Assembly: GCA_013265495.1 (NCBI GenBank)
Contig: MU058844.1
Span: 6,943,260 to 7,007,259 of the forward strand
Direction: 5' to 3'
DNA from: Vicugna vicugna
Lineage: Eukaryota
DNA length: 64,000 nucleotides
Shown: positions 1 to 13,199 of the stretch, one piece after another
Layout of the letters: each line of letters begins with the position of its first letter
Numbering within the stretch: the stretch's first letter is position 1
The notes under the pieces: model-generated
The model's database searches: none
Told to the model about the DNA's origin: nothing
What the model saw: only the letters and a program-made list of their open reading frames with translations
Position numbers and translations under genes: made by a program

Positions 1-257
1 AAATCAATACTAATCTTTAAAGTAATTTTAAACATTATTTTAAGCATTTATGCCTATAAATGGAATTTTATTTCCCTTTATTAAAAAAAAAGGCATGTGA
101 TTTCTTACCTCTACATGATATTGCAAATAAAATTCAAAAGTTTCAAAACTTAAAAATCCAATTGGCTACTCAGTTTTTATTTTTTGTATATTTATCTTCC
201 ATCATACTTACCATAGGGATGGGTGAAGCATGAATTACTTTTGCTGAAATATACCTT

Positions 258-279
258 TATGGTATTAATTAATACCATA
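258..279. repeat. Perfect 22-bp palindrome
   Basis: TATGGTATTAATTAATACCATA equals its own reverse complement. Confidence 0.95.
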
Positions 280-890
280 GTAAACTTTGATTCCCATTTA
301 CCTCAGTGAAAAATCATTTATCTCTAAATGGTATTAAAAATAAATTAAAATTGTTGGAAGAAATCCAGATACTTCACCTTCAACTTGATCACTATATACA
401 TTAAATCTTTTAAATTACTGCATTGCTAGTGAACATGACTAATGAATATATCAAGTTACATGATATGTACTCAAACTTCTTGTTTAAATCAAATTTGACT
501 TAATTATATGTATTTAAATCACATGTTGCATTATAAACTTCCTTTGTTTGAATAAATGTTATAGTAAAAATATATAGTAATTTCACAGGAAAATACTGAT
601 GCTTTACACTTGAGGCAATCAATTTTACAAAAAATGCTACACAAGAAATCAGCATGCTTAAAATAGTGCCTCAGATTTCTCAACAAAGGCTATAAAATTA
701 TATCTTAGTTTTGATGCTAACATTTTTATCTTGTTTCTTCACCATAAATGTAGCCATTTGCTAAAGCTGTCTATTGCTTCCAAAATGAAATATTGCACTG
801 TCAATAAATGTGAAAAATGTGAAGTGTCAGACATAAACAAGATGAGAAGGGAATGGGAATGAAAAATAAAAAATAGTAAAACACATTAAC

Positions 891-1356
891 AAATTATAGT
901 ATAAACCCTGAAATTTTTTTTTTTCCTTTTTTATAATCCAAGTGCCTGACTTAAGCTTTGATTGCCTGGGCATCTACTTCATAGAGACATCCCCTTCAAG
1001 ACTCCTATCTCAAATAAACACACTGCCAGCCACAGGACTAGATAAAGAGCCAGCCTGTCCCCTCCCCCACCCTCTTCCACTGAAGCGCCTTTTGTTTGAA
1101 AGTCTTGGTTGATTTTGACAACTGACCATTTATTTGGGTCACTTGTTTTTTTCTCTTCCTGTTCTTTAATTCCCACTCTTATGTTGCCAATTTACCAATG
1201 AAGAGTAAGCCTGCAAAATCTTAGGCCACCACCCTCCACCGCCATAAAAGCAGAACCCCAGGCCTGCACGCACGCTCTCTCTCTCTCTCTACCCAAGACC
1301 TCGTCGTGAGGCCCTAAGTGTGTTATATAATTTTCAGGTCCTTTAAGTAATCAACC
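891..1356 (+). mobile_element. ERV LTR, left copy, 3'-truncated
   Basis: Colinear with 4844-5330, roughly 80% identical by eye (TTATAATCCAAGTGCCTGACTTAAGCTTTGATTGC vs TTATAATGCAAGTGCCCGACTTCAGCTTTGATTGC; ATAAAAGCAGAACCCCAGGCCTGCAC in both). Similarity stops at about 1356. Confidence 0.75.
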
Positions 1357-2253
1357 CATAAGACATAGATTACACTACTCTGAGAAAATCATTGTATTAT
1401 TATACAGCAACAGGGAAGAACAAATCTGACTCCATATTGGATCTGTTTCTTTGGCTTTAACCCTGTGCTCTGTTTCCTGTTAGTCATGCTGGTTCCATAT
1501 CTTTTGTAAAAGAATGTTGCCTATAGCCTAACATATATAGGATAGCCTATTTTCAAGGCTCTGACCTTTAAGGGTATTAACACTTTTCTATTCATGTAAA
1601 GATAAAAAGTTGCAGAATAGAAAATAACATATTTTTTGTTGTTGTTGGAGGTTTACAGGGACACCATGACCTGACCGATATGGACAGATGCAAGAATAAA
1701 GGATTCCAACACTAAGGAATTTGTAACAACTAACCACATCCCCTCCCCTTTTTAGTATAAAAAGGAGCCTGAATTCTGACTTGGAGAAGATGGTTCTCCA
1801 GGACATTAGTCTGCCATCTTCTCAGTCTGCTGGCTTTCCAAATAACATCATTATTCCTTGCCCCAGCACCTTGTCTCCCAATTTATTGGCCTGTCTTGCA
1901 GTGAGCAGAATGAGTTTGGACTTGGTAACAATAGCAGCCATGACCTTTTGGGTTGGGTACTGCAGGCAATACACCACAGAGGCAATATGTGGAAGCACAT
2001 AGCATGTACAAGGAATAGACCCCCATCAATCAGTGCTCCATTTCCAGAATATATCCCAGGGCCCTTCCTCTCCTCATTTGGATATTTATCCCCTGGTGCC
2101 ATTCCCATTCTTCCACCACAGTGATCACAGATAAGGGTCACAACAAATGGAAACCATTAAGATGAAGCCCATCACCTGCTGTGCAAAACTGGCACGGTCC
2201 AATGCGTTTATCATTTCTGTAACCATAATAACCCAAGTAACCTCCTCTTCATT
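1357..2253 (-). pseudogene. Decayed retroviral env transmembrane-subunit fragment, interrupted by a solo LTR
   Basis: Minus-strand translation from 2253 gives NEEEVTWVIMVTEMINALDRASFAQQVMGFILMVSICC, resembling the TM ectodomain pattern (heptad, ALD..AQ, CC). After frameshifts come WDIFWKW, a hydrophobic stretch (ALIDGGLFLVHAMCF) and YCLCG. Confidence 0.5.
1406..1930 (+). mobile_element. ERV1-class solo LTR
   Basis: Starts AGCAACAGGGAAGAACAAATCTGACTCC (decayed TGTAAC), has TATA-like AGTATAAAA at about 1755 and ends GGTAACA. Flanks ATAC (1402-1405) and ATAG (1931-1934) look like a 4-bp TSD with one mismatch. Confidence 0.8.
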
Positions 2254-4843
2254 TTCAACCCTGAAAAGGTCCCTTTTGACCTTGAGTGCAGAGAAGTATT
2301 TCTACAGAGTGTTCCCCTAACTAGAGGACAGTGCTACTGCATTTTACTGGGCCTGCCAAAACCCTCCAAAAGGTGTTAAAACTCCTACGAGAAAACTTAC
2401 AATTTTTTTCTCTGTCCCTTGAAGATATGAATTGTACCCTGTCTTTGAAATGTAAACATCCCAGAAGGTAACTTAAGATTACTTGTCCAGGACAAATACA
2501 AATCTTAAAAATCTTTTCCACAAGTAGTAGTAAAAAGCTTTAGCCATTGGAGCAGGTATCCTTAATTTGTTTCATCTGTCAATTTGGAATAAACATTTAT
2601 TTACAAATGAATGAGTTTTATATTGTTATGAGTATCCTTGTATGCTCATATGCTATTAATATGTGATCCAGAAATTATATAAAATTCCTAAAAGTCTAAT
2701 AGGTAATGTTATCAGTCATAATTCTCATTATCATCTTAAAATCTTTTGTGCCACAGAAATAACCAAATTTCCTGGTCAACTGAATTATAATGACCTCCCA
2801 TAAGGTCTTTAACCAGGCGGATTTTTAAGCATTTTGTCATTTACAGACAATTATTGTTCTACTCTGATGCTTTTACAAAAGTGCTTCATCTTCAGGGAGA
2901 TTCATGGTAAGGATTCTGACAAGTACAGGTTTCTGATAACTTTCAGATAATGTCATTGATCTGGGTGAGAACTGACAGAACTCTAAGGGAAAACTAGATT
3001 CATAAGACTGTCAATAAAATATCAAAATCAAGAATGAGTTATGTGAGACTAAATTAACTGATGAGGATTTTTTGTTGAAACATTGCTGGTTCTTTTCTCT
3101 TTTGTTTTCTAGATTTAAGGACACTTCTCTTAAGCTATACGTCTTATAGCAATTTGATAAAGTATATCTTCGTGAACAAAGATAAAACAATAACATTTTC
3201 TCCCTACCCTTTCCCTCCAGAATTCAGAAGCTCTCAGTATTTTTATTTTCATGGCAATATAGCTATTTGCATAAGTTCAGTAAGTACTTGTCTTTCTTGT
3301 AACAGAATACAACTGAAAACATGGGTTATATTATCAAAGCTTTGACTAGAATATCATATTTGAGAGAGACATATATAGACCTAGATATGAACACACAGCT
3401 CTACAAAACTAAATTTGACCTTATGGAGCCAACAAAGCCCCTTGGAAAAATCAGCTTGATACCTTGCTTATAGGGTTTCAGCAGCCTTCTAAATGAATAA
3501 AGATCACTTTTTGGCAGATCTAGGAACCTCAGGATATTCTGAAGACCTCAAGAAAAGAGAAATTAACCCACATCTGTAGGTATTACAGGCAAAGTCTGAT
3601 GGTAAAATTTTGGTTTGGCTTCCTAGCCTCAAGGCTTTAAAAAGTTCAATCTGAGTTTTGTTAAGAAAAATTAGAGCAAAGCAGGTTTAAAGATCCTAGA
3701 TGGTCAATCACTATTGTTGCTGAACTTATATAAATAAACAGGCCAAGTTTAATGAAACTAGACTTACTGTGAAAACAAATTAATCTTGTTTAATCTCAAG
3801 ACAATCTTTGATTATCTCTGATAGAAATGGAGTGACTGTAGAGAGAAAAAAACTATGTTTCAATGGAAAACTATACATTCTTGCAGGTATCAGATTCTAG
3901 TACTGTTCATCGTCTTTGAGGTTTTGTTTTCCATCTGTAAACTGGACTGGATGCTGAATTCTTCTCATTTCCTCTAATATCTGGCTACAACTCTTCAAAT
4001 TAATGTTTTCCAATTTTTCTCATACCTTTCCAACTTGGAATCATTGAGAACTAAAACTGTCCTTTTCCCAAAGCCATGAAGCTTAAGTGGGACAACTTGA
4101 TATAAACCTCAGAAAAATTACCACTACGGCTATGTATGGACAATCTTCATGCCTGTTGCTGTGCAGGACACTCAGAAAGATCACTGGAGACATTCAAACT
4201 AAAAACCAGGAAAATCTATCATTGCCACTGTCTTCCCTCACTCTATCTGAAGACGCTTTGAACCTGACATCTAGAAATCTTTTTGACTGGATGTCTTCAG
4301 AATTTAGAAACTGGGATTATAATATGCTCTAATCATTAACCTTTTTTTTCTTTTGTTTGCATAAAAATGCTTCTTATTAAATATCTGATGCAAATACTTG
4401 TGCCAAATGAGTATAACTTGGGAATACACCTGCTTCACTGCTTCCAGAAATCAGACACAACCCTTTAACTGAGCTGACCTATTCTCAGGACTAAAACGCT
4501 GATGAGAAATGAAGTAATCTATCAACTCAGGACAGGTTCAAACCTACTTATATCAGATGGTCCAAGATACTAAAATATTCCACAACATTACAGAAGTCTT
4601 TGAACAGATTCCCAGGGCCCTCAAGATCACTCACCTATTTTCCTTAGTTTGAAACAATAGCTTTGGATGAGATTTCAAACTATCACCCGTATAATTATCA
4701 GGATTGCTACTACAATTCTATTTAGATGAGCAGTTCTGGGTTACAACACACCCTATGCCTGGCTTTTAGCATATCAGCTCCCTAGGCCATTCATGTCTTT
4801 GACTCTGATGCCTTGGCATCACAGAGTCACAGGTGGATTGCAG
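2254..4843 (+). mobile_element. Non-coding ERV1 internal region, MER4/MER34-group-like
   Basis: Lies between the two related LTRs, is AT-rich and has no gag/pol ORF. Motifs such as CACAGAAATAACCAAATTTCC resemble non-autonomous MER4-group internal sequences as I remember them. Confidence 0.6.
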
Positions 4844-5415
4844 TGTAAATTATGACAGTTGAGGGTTTTTTTTCCCCCTTTTTATAATGCAAGTGCCCGA
4901 CTTCAGCTTTGATTGCTGAGGCATCACTTCAAAGAGGCACCCGTTTCAAAGACTGCTATTGCAAACAAACACATTGCCAATCACAGGACTTGATAAAGAG
5001 CCAGGGGGTCTCCCTGCGCTGAGGCTTCTTTGTTTTAGAAACTTTGGTTGATTTTGATAATTGACCATTTAAGTCACTTGAATTTTCTTCTCCATGCTTT
5101 AAACTCTTGCTCTTGTGTTTTTAATTCATCAGTAAAGAATGAGCCTAGGAAACCCTAGGTCCTATAAACCCAATAAAAGCAGAACCCCAGGCCTGCACAC
5201 CTTTTCTCATTCTCTCCAGCTCTCTCTTTCTCTTTCAATCTCTCTCTCTCCCTCTTCCTGAAAACTACCTACCTACTTGTGTGGCCTTAGGTATGTTGTG
5301 TAATTTCTAGATTCAGTAAGTAATAAACCTTTATTTTTTCAAAGTTTACTAATTGTATTGCTAAGGGCATTTTGCAATCATGTCAAGAACTGCAAAGGTT
5401 GATCCAACCACAACA
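4844..5415 (+). mobile_element. ERV LTR, right copy
   Basis: Homologous to 891-1356. Begins TGTAAAT, contains AATAAA at about 5322 and possibly ends CAACA at 5415 (end uncertain). Confidence 0.75.
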
Positions 5416-6200
5416 CTGCTTATAAGTAGGCAGAGACTGGCACAAAACACAGATGAAATTGCACAAAACTTTACAAATAAGTTTTGTATTTTGTAAATCT
5501 ATTCTCCACTGGTATGACAGTCAGCAGAGAATACAAAGTATTGCTGCTAATAAGCTTTTAGCACTACCTGTCTTAGTAGAGGCTTTTTCTGTTAATACTG
5601 ATGCTTTGGAAAAGCAATTTGCTTTCTGGAATAAAAAGGAATCAGCACAACCCAGACAGAGAAATCCGATTTTATCCTCAGACAGGCACAAAGCTGAATG
5701 CTTTCCATTTTAATGACTGACAGCTTCTATTTCTTTATACAAGCATCATGGAAGAAATGAGCACAACTGCCAAAAGAAGCACAATCCAGCCTAGAAGCAC
5801 TGGTCACATCTTCTATGTGGGCAGTTCTTTGCCTATACAGGTATATACTGGATTCAAGTCCAGAGAAAATTACAGAAACCTCTGATCACCTTGGAATCTC
5901 AGGGCCTAGTACAGATAAATTATTTCTCTCTATGCGACAGCATGGTGAACATACTGTGTGTGTGTGAAAGAGAGAGACAGAAAGAGTGAGAGAGGGAATG
6001 GGAATAGAGCTAGAGTGAAAAGAGAGCACAGTACAACTGCCTGTTATCTTGCTGTCTTTCAGTGCTCAGGTCTTCATTAAAGTTACTAAGGAATGTTTGA
6101 CTGAAGGTGTTCTTGTGGAAGTCAATGGAAGAACCTGATTTTACAATTCAAGGAAATATCCAGAGCAGAAAAGGACAGCAAATGCAGCCAGGAGTAGAAA

Positions 6201-6591
6201 TGAGACAGGAGGGAAGGGGGCAGGGCACAACCAACAAAAGAATGACACAACAATTGAGGATAGGACATAAACCACTTAGAATCAACTCAGCCCAAGATGG
6301 TGGAAGATTTGAATTCCAGTAGACCTGAGCTTCATTACAGGCTGATAGTAATACATATGCATGGTAAATGAAACATCCACAGGCACCATGACTGTTCCAA
6401 GGCCACCTCCACACCTCATAGCCACTTTCACTTTTCTAGATGACCCCATGTTCTGGGGCCATCTCTCTTGCCTTGTGAAAAGGCCAGCACTCTGTCTATG
6501 GAGTGTGAATCTCCCTGAATAAATCTACTTTCTCTTTACCACGGCTCACTCTTGAATTCTTTCCTGCATGAGAACCTATTCTCCAGCAAGA
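6201..6591 (+). mobile_element. MER41-like ERV1 solo LTR, internally deleted
   Basis: Starts TGAGACAGGAGGGAAGGGG like the copies at 53044 and 54974. Has AATAAA at about 6518 and a GAAA TSD (6197-6200 and 6592-6595). Confidence 0.8.
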
Positions 6592-7304
6592 GAAAGAGCA
6601 AACAAGGAGGTCAGAGGCAGATACTGAAGAGATGTGCAGAATTTAAGGAAATGGTACAGAACATAAGGAATTGAAATCAAAGTTTAGATCAAATTTATAC
6701 TTTCTGGATCCTTTTTAAGAGCTACCTAAAGTGACCACTGTAAACTACATTATGTTTCTATATTAAATAATTCAGTTTGTGACATTATTTCATTTGCTTT
6801 TATGGTTTTGACCTCCTTAAATTGAAAAATTTAATTGCCAACTTCTGCACATGTGAAATCAATTTTGCCAGCATAGGCAATCAGTAAGAACTGGAAAACA
6901 GTTTGGAAAGGAGGACATCTTCAAGATTTATTATTTTTATGCATATTTATATTAATGAGATGAGAAAAAATTAAAGTAGCATATTTCACTTTTGTTTCAA
7001 AGTTAATAGATGGACATCTACTGTGGAACTCAAATTTCTCTCTGTATTCCAAAGTAATCTGGAGGTGAAGCACATGGTTTTCAGCTCATGGTTTCATTTT
7101 GTACCAAAGGCCACATTTAGTTTACCTCTTTTCCAGTGGAAAGCAAATTTTCATATAATTGAAATCTTAACTCAAAGACATGAGCATGAAGGCACTATTT
7201 TTTTTTAGGTATGATGTCAGGCTTACCAATAGGGCTTCATAGTTAGTAAATTAAACAAAATTTGGATTCTTTAAAGTTGTTTCCAAACATTAACTATTTC
7301 TGAT

Positions 7305-7445
7305 TCATTTTTTAACATCTTTATTGTGGTATGGTTCCTATAAACTACACATATTTCAGATGTACACTTTGATCAGTTTTGATAGATATATACACCAATG
7401 AAACCACTACCACAATCAAGAGCGCTAACATTTCCATCACTCCTC
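7305..7445 (-). mobile_element. Old L1 (L1MB-type) 3' end
   Basis: T-run followed by CTTTATTG...GAAACCACTACCACAATCAAG...AACATTTCCATCAC, the typical antisense 3' end. Confidence 0.7.
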
Positions 7446-7454
7446 AAGAGGTGA

Positions 7455-7962
7455 ATTTTCAAATTCCAATTTATCCCTTCCCACCTGCCTTAACCCCTGA
7501 TAACCATAATTTTGTTCTCTATGTCTGTGAGTCTGTTTCTGTTCTGTAGGTAAGTTTGTTTTGTTTTTTTTTAGATTCCACATAGAAGTGATAGCATATG
7601 GCACTTTTCTTTCTCTTTCTGGCTTACTTCACTTAGAATGATGATCTCCAGGTCCATCCATATATATATATATACACACACACCACATCTTCCTTATCCA
7701 GCCATCTAGATGGACATTTGGATTGTTCCCATGTCTTGGCTATTGTAAGTAGTGCTGCTATGAACACTGGGGTGTACATGTTTTTTGAATTATATTTTTC
7801 TCCAGATATATGCCCAGGAGTGGGACTGCTGGGTCATATGGTAAGTCTATGTTTAGTTTTTTAAGGAGCCTCCATATTGTCCTGCATAGTGGCTGCACCA
7901 ATTTACATTCCTACCAACAGTCTAGGAGGGTTCCTTTTTCTCCACACCCTCTATAGCATTTT
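7455..7962 (-). mobile_element. Younger L1, ORF2 end and 3' UTR fragment
   Basis: TAGATTCCACATAGAAGTGATAGCATATGG; GGCTATTGTAAGTAGTGCTGCTATGAACA; CACCAATTTACATTCCTACCAACAG. Same family as 44229-45744. Confidence 0.9.
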
Positions 7963-8504
7963 CTGATTCAATATTGAGAGTGAAGCCAGTGATTACTGAG
8001 GGGTACTTTTTAGAAGACTCTCTTATTTTTCTTATTATTGTTCTCTCTTGTCTGTTTACATTACATGTGATTAAATCTATGTTTTCTGATAGAACTTAGA
8101 GAATACAGCTATTCACAGACATCACAGCTTTAAAACTGATATGATTATTGTTGGATATAATATGAAGGTATCCTAATGTTTCAGTGTTAGACTAGTTAGA
8201 CTTAGTCTATGGTGTCATATTGGAGTAACATTAGTTATTTTGAATTCATTTATTATTATCATGTTATAAGGCCATAAGCCACACATTTTGCTGAATCTTT
8301 ATAAAGGTAATGGTTTCTATAATTAGTTTAGTTTAGTTTTTAAATCTGGCATTTTGAATTCACTTAAAGGTAAGGAAATATTCTTAGTTAATAGAGCTTG
8401 CTATGATTTAAATTTTTCTATATTCTATTTTTTTAATCTATTGATTTCATATGTGGTCATTTTAGACTTGATACTATTTCCTTTCTTACTCCAGGTTTGA
8501 ACAT

Positions 8505-8645
8505 GTAGATTCTAGAGTCAATCTAGATATCTGTTTGATTACAACCCCCTTTAACTACCAGCTGGGTGTCTTAGCAAATTTACTTAAGCTTCCATACTCT
8601 ATTTTCTTATTTACTAAAAGTGAATGATTAAAATCTAGCTCAAAG
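8505..8645 (+). mobile_element. MIR fragment
   Basis: ACTACCAGCTGGGTGTCTTAGCAAATTTACTTAAGCTT matches the MIR core. Confidence 0.6.
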
Positions 8646-11600
8646 AGCTGAGCCTATCCTAAGCACAAAGACTTCTACCCTCATCATCATCAATCTATCA
8701 CCATTAACATTGCTCTTCTTAATTGAAAATATCGTTAGTGGTTCACCTCAGTTAGAACTTAGTATGGTTTCCATACGTCTGTTCTAATTCAGTAGTTGGT
8801 TTATGCCTATGATTGTTTTGATTATGGTCAAATCAACTGGTTTGTATCTATCTACTGAAAGGAGGCTGTGGCGTTTACACATATTTTTAAAGAAGGCCTC
8901 TTACTGTGTGAGAAATAATCTTTATACTTTTTCTTAAGAACTGTAGAATTACAAGATCAATATAAACTTAAATAGGAATTAATCAAAGGAATACAAGGCC
9001 TGGTTCAGGAAAAAAAAACAAAAAATCAAAGGCACAAGCAGAATCTTAGGCCCTAGTCACATGATCAGAAAAGAGTTTCAGATGATACTTAATATAACTC
9101 TGTAAGACTAAACTTTTTCTGAATAATTTTTATGTAATCTTTCACTTCATGTCAATGATGCAACAGTCCTGGTTGGCCTATGACTTCTACCTTCTGAGCT
9201 CTATGGTCACTGAAGACAGGAATTTTTCTCCAATCATGCCAGAATTTGTTCCATTACAGTCAAACAATTCAACCTCTTATTCCTGTAAGCGCTTCTCTTC
9301 TCTGAATCTTTTGGTGAATTACCTCTTTTTAAATGATAGTAACTTCAAAAAGATGTTCATGGGTTCATGGGGTCTGATAGGCTAATTATCAATGACCATA
9401 TTTTTATTATAATCATTTATCCCTAGCCATGTATGAGAAACTGCGCAATGTGAGCTTTCCTTGGTTCTTCCCTCCTCGCTTCTGGAAAGCAACTTGTTTA
9501 GGAAGCATCTTCCTTATGTAAACACTACCAACCCAGCAACTTTAAAAACTATGGAATATATTTAAGTACACAAGAGCAAATTTTTAAAAATTCTGAAAAG
9601 CACCAAAAGTTCAGGAAATCATAAAAATTAATGGACAAAATTTTTAAAATCACCTATTCCCAATAGTCAGTATGTTAGAATCAGAAAATCACAACAAAGA
9701 CAGGGAGTACTACTACAGGGAGATTCACCAGGTCAACTCAATTTTCAGCTAATAAGAACTTAGAAAAATTGTCACACATTTGCTGAATGTATCACAGTAC
9801 AATCCTTACTATCCTAACTGTATAACAACCTCATATTTGTGTGAGACATATGAAGACACCAAAAAATAATTTAAAAGTCTAGAACAAAGCAACTCCCAAA
9901 GAGAAAATAAGACATTTGGGTATTAAAAGAATTACAGCATCACAATAAAGAGAATGAAATTTCCTGTCAACTTAACAATACTTTTCAAACAAAAGTACAC
10001 AAAGCTGAAACTATACTTTCTTATGTACTACTAGTGCATATTAATTGTTAACATCTTTTAGAAAAGGGACATGGTATTCAGAGATTTTCTTAACCTACAG
10101 TTATTTGGCCAACCAATATTGGAAGCCCGCTCCTGCTTTGCCACGTGAAAACTGATTTTCTTTGCACATCGGTGTGCCGAAGGGGATAAAGCACAAGTAA
10201 TCTAGTCCAGTTCTGATCTTTAGCCCTTGTTTTTACTCTCTTCTGCAGTTAAATGTTCTCATGTGCAGTTCTGGCCAAGGAATCACGAAAATGGTGCTAG
10301 TGATCTCTTAGAGAGAGGTTCTCTTTATGACCGAGGAAGAAATGTACATTACGAAGTCTTGTGTCACTTTGATTAGCTCTTATACTTTCTGTGTTCAAAT
10401 ACAGTTCTGTAAGGAAATGAAGCCTAGAGATTTTGCAGCTACTTGGCAACCTACAGGGAAAGATTAAGAGAATTTCTGAAAAAATGACAAGGAGGCTTGA
10501 TGTCACTTAGTCACTCAACTGTCTTCCTCTAGATTACTTTCTACATGAGATACTTAGATATTTTTACATTTATTGTCTTAGGGATATAGCATACATTATG
10601 GTGAGGAGAAAAAAAAGACTAGAGAATGCCTAATTATCCTATAATAGGTGACTTACACAAGAGAATGTATATTATTTCATTAAAATGGATTTTTAGAATT
10701 TTAATGGAGAAGCGCTCATGATATGCGGCAATGAGAAAAATAAAGAATGCATCGTTTTATAAAAATACTACTCTAACCATGCAAAAACCATTTAGAAACC
10801 ACCAGAAAGGAAATATGGCAGTAGATAGAATATAAGTCACTTTCTTTCTCAGCTTCTTATATTCTCATAATATCCCAATGTCTTGTTTATGGACATGTGT
10901 TATATTCTCATATATTATAATCATAAAATAAGCTAAAAATCATCACTATCAGTGTTATTCAGCACCGGAATATTTAGCTTACCATACATAAGTGAGAATC
11001 CCTAAAAGTATTTCAATCTATTATAATAATTCATTATTATAATAGCTTACTGAAATTAAGAAAATGTCAGGTTTAGAGGTCTCTTTTTAAGAGAGCTGAA
11101 AAAAATGTGTTTTTTAAATTAAAAATAAGCCAAGTTGCTAATTTAAAAAACATTAATATATAAATTTGATTTATAAGCAACAGATGATTTACCGAGGGAT
11201 GCTAAATAAATGATGTTGCTCTATTAATCACAATAAAGTCTCTTTGAAAAATGGTCTTAAGAAATAGGTTGAATAGTCACATTATTCATCAGCTCTTTAA
11301 AAGACGTAATTTTATTTAGAAGGACTGTTTTATTTTAAAATATTATTATCATTGAGTCTAGTTTTAACTATACCATTTACCATACCTGTTTCTAGGATAT
11401 TTTTTAAGGCATCTGTTCATTTTATAAATGTTTTCTCAAGCGTTTAATATACATTTTATGTTTCCTTCACTTTGATTTTCATATCGCAGCATCTTTCATT
11501 GTTGAGATGGGAGAATAACTTCTAAAGATTTCAGTCACCGTTTGGGGAAAGACCATTAATGCACTTGATATTTAAAAGTGCACCAACTTTAAAAATGAGA

Positions 11601-12877
11601 TGCTCTCAGGGAGTATTAAATGTTCTGTACTGTACAAGAAGTTGACATCATCTTGGGGATGCTGCCAGCAGATATTCAAAGTGTCAAATGCTAAAGAATT
11701 TTAGTGTCTGCTGACAGTCTCTGATTTCTCTTACTCTGGCCAGTGTATGAAAAGATTGAGAATAAAGACTAAATATTTTTTATAGTTTTGAAAATGCTTT
11801 TCCAATATTATGAATGAATGACATGGCTGATACTCATTTGTATTTACTAAAGATATCATTCCAGACCACATAAGAATTCTCTAAAATTTGATGTGTAATA
11901 GACTAATTTGAATTGAAAGAAATCTTTGGCGCTCATCTAACATCAAATCTGATTTGACAAATGAGGATATTAAAACTGATATTCTTCGTGATTTATCCAA
12001 AAATCTTACCTATCTTGTCTAATAATCTGCCTTATACTACAATTAGAAAATTTGACCATATTCTGATCTTTTTAATCAAAGCTGATTTTGTTCTCATGTC
12101 ATTAGAAACCAATAAATAAATAACTAACCAAAAACCAATGGCAAAAACCTAATGATATATACTATGCAGTTGCCTTATACTTCTGTGTATATTCCTGTTA
12201 CATTAAAAAATGAATTTTGACACAATGTCTTTTATAAATGTATTTCCAAGTTCATTGCATGGTAAGGAATGCTTATATGCTCATTTTCATTTCCTTTTGC
12301 ACATATAATGTATCTCCTTCTTAACTTAAATATTTTTCTTGGTAATATGTTACTGATTTTGTATCTTCAATACCTTTGTGAATACAGAACCTTAAAAAGT
12401 GGGAAAAATATGCTCATTCAAGACAATGACCTTCTCAGATTCTAGTTATTAACTTATAAACTGAATCACCTTGTTGCAATTTTTACAATTTCTAAATCTA
12501 CTTAATTTGAACCATTACGGTATTGGTGAACAAATAATGTTCAAAGTAATATTTTGTCATATGGAATATGAGTATAATATCAAATGGAGCCCCGTATCTC
12601 TCACCAACAAACGGATCTGTCTGTACTGCCTCTATTTCATTATGCTGTTATAACTTCAGAAGATGCTTACAGGACTGGCCCCAAATGCTATAATGTAACT
12701 CACATACACTGACATATACACACACACACACACTTTAAGAATGAAGGACAATTTTTTTAGATGGGAAAGTAAATAGGGTTTATCTTTCTGTAGAATAATA
12801 TAAGACTTTTTCCTTTCCATCACATGTTTGAAAATAGTTTTTTCTCCCCAATTGTTTTTGTGAAAGGAATGCTCTCA

Positions 12878-13040
12878 TCTAGTTAATTAGCACATTCATC
12901 ACCTCACATACTTATCCTTTATCTGAGAACATTTAAGTACTACTTTCTCAGAAGATTTCAATTTTACAATATAGTGGTATCAACTACAGTCATCATGTTT
13001 TACCTTAAATCCTCAGTCCTTATTCATCTTAGAGCTGAGA
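12878..13040 (-). mobile_element. L1MA9-like 3' UTR fragment
   Basis: CATTCATCACCTCACATACTTA...GAGAACATTTAAG...CTTATTCATCTTA. Confidence 0.7.
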
Positions 13041-13199
13041 ATAGCTATTTTTAATACAGCTTTTACTCATTATATTTTCATATAGTTTTTAATGTATAAT
13101 TTTCTGGCCACTTTTTATTTATCTTAACTACCAATGATAAACTTTGACCAGAAGATAATTGCTGGCACTTGAACTAATAATGCATTATTTCCTCTGTGC

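Noticed and set aside
11385..11525. Minus-strand coding exon ending CAG|GTATGG
   Set aside because: Stop codons occur in all three frames.
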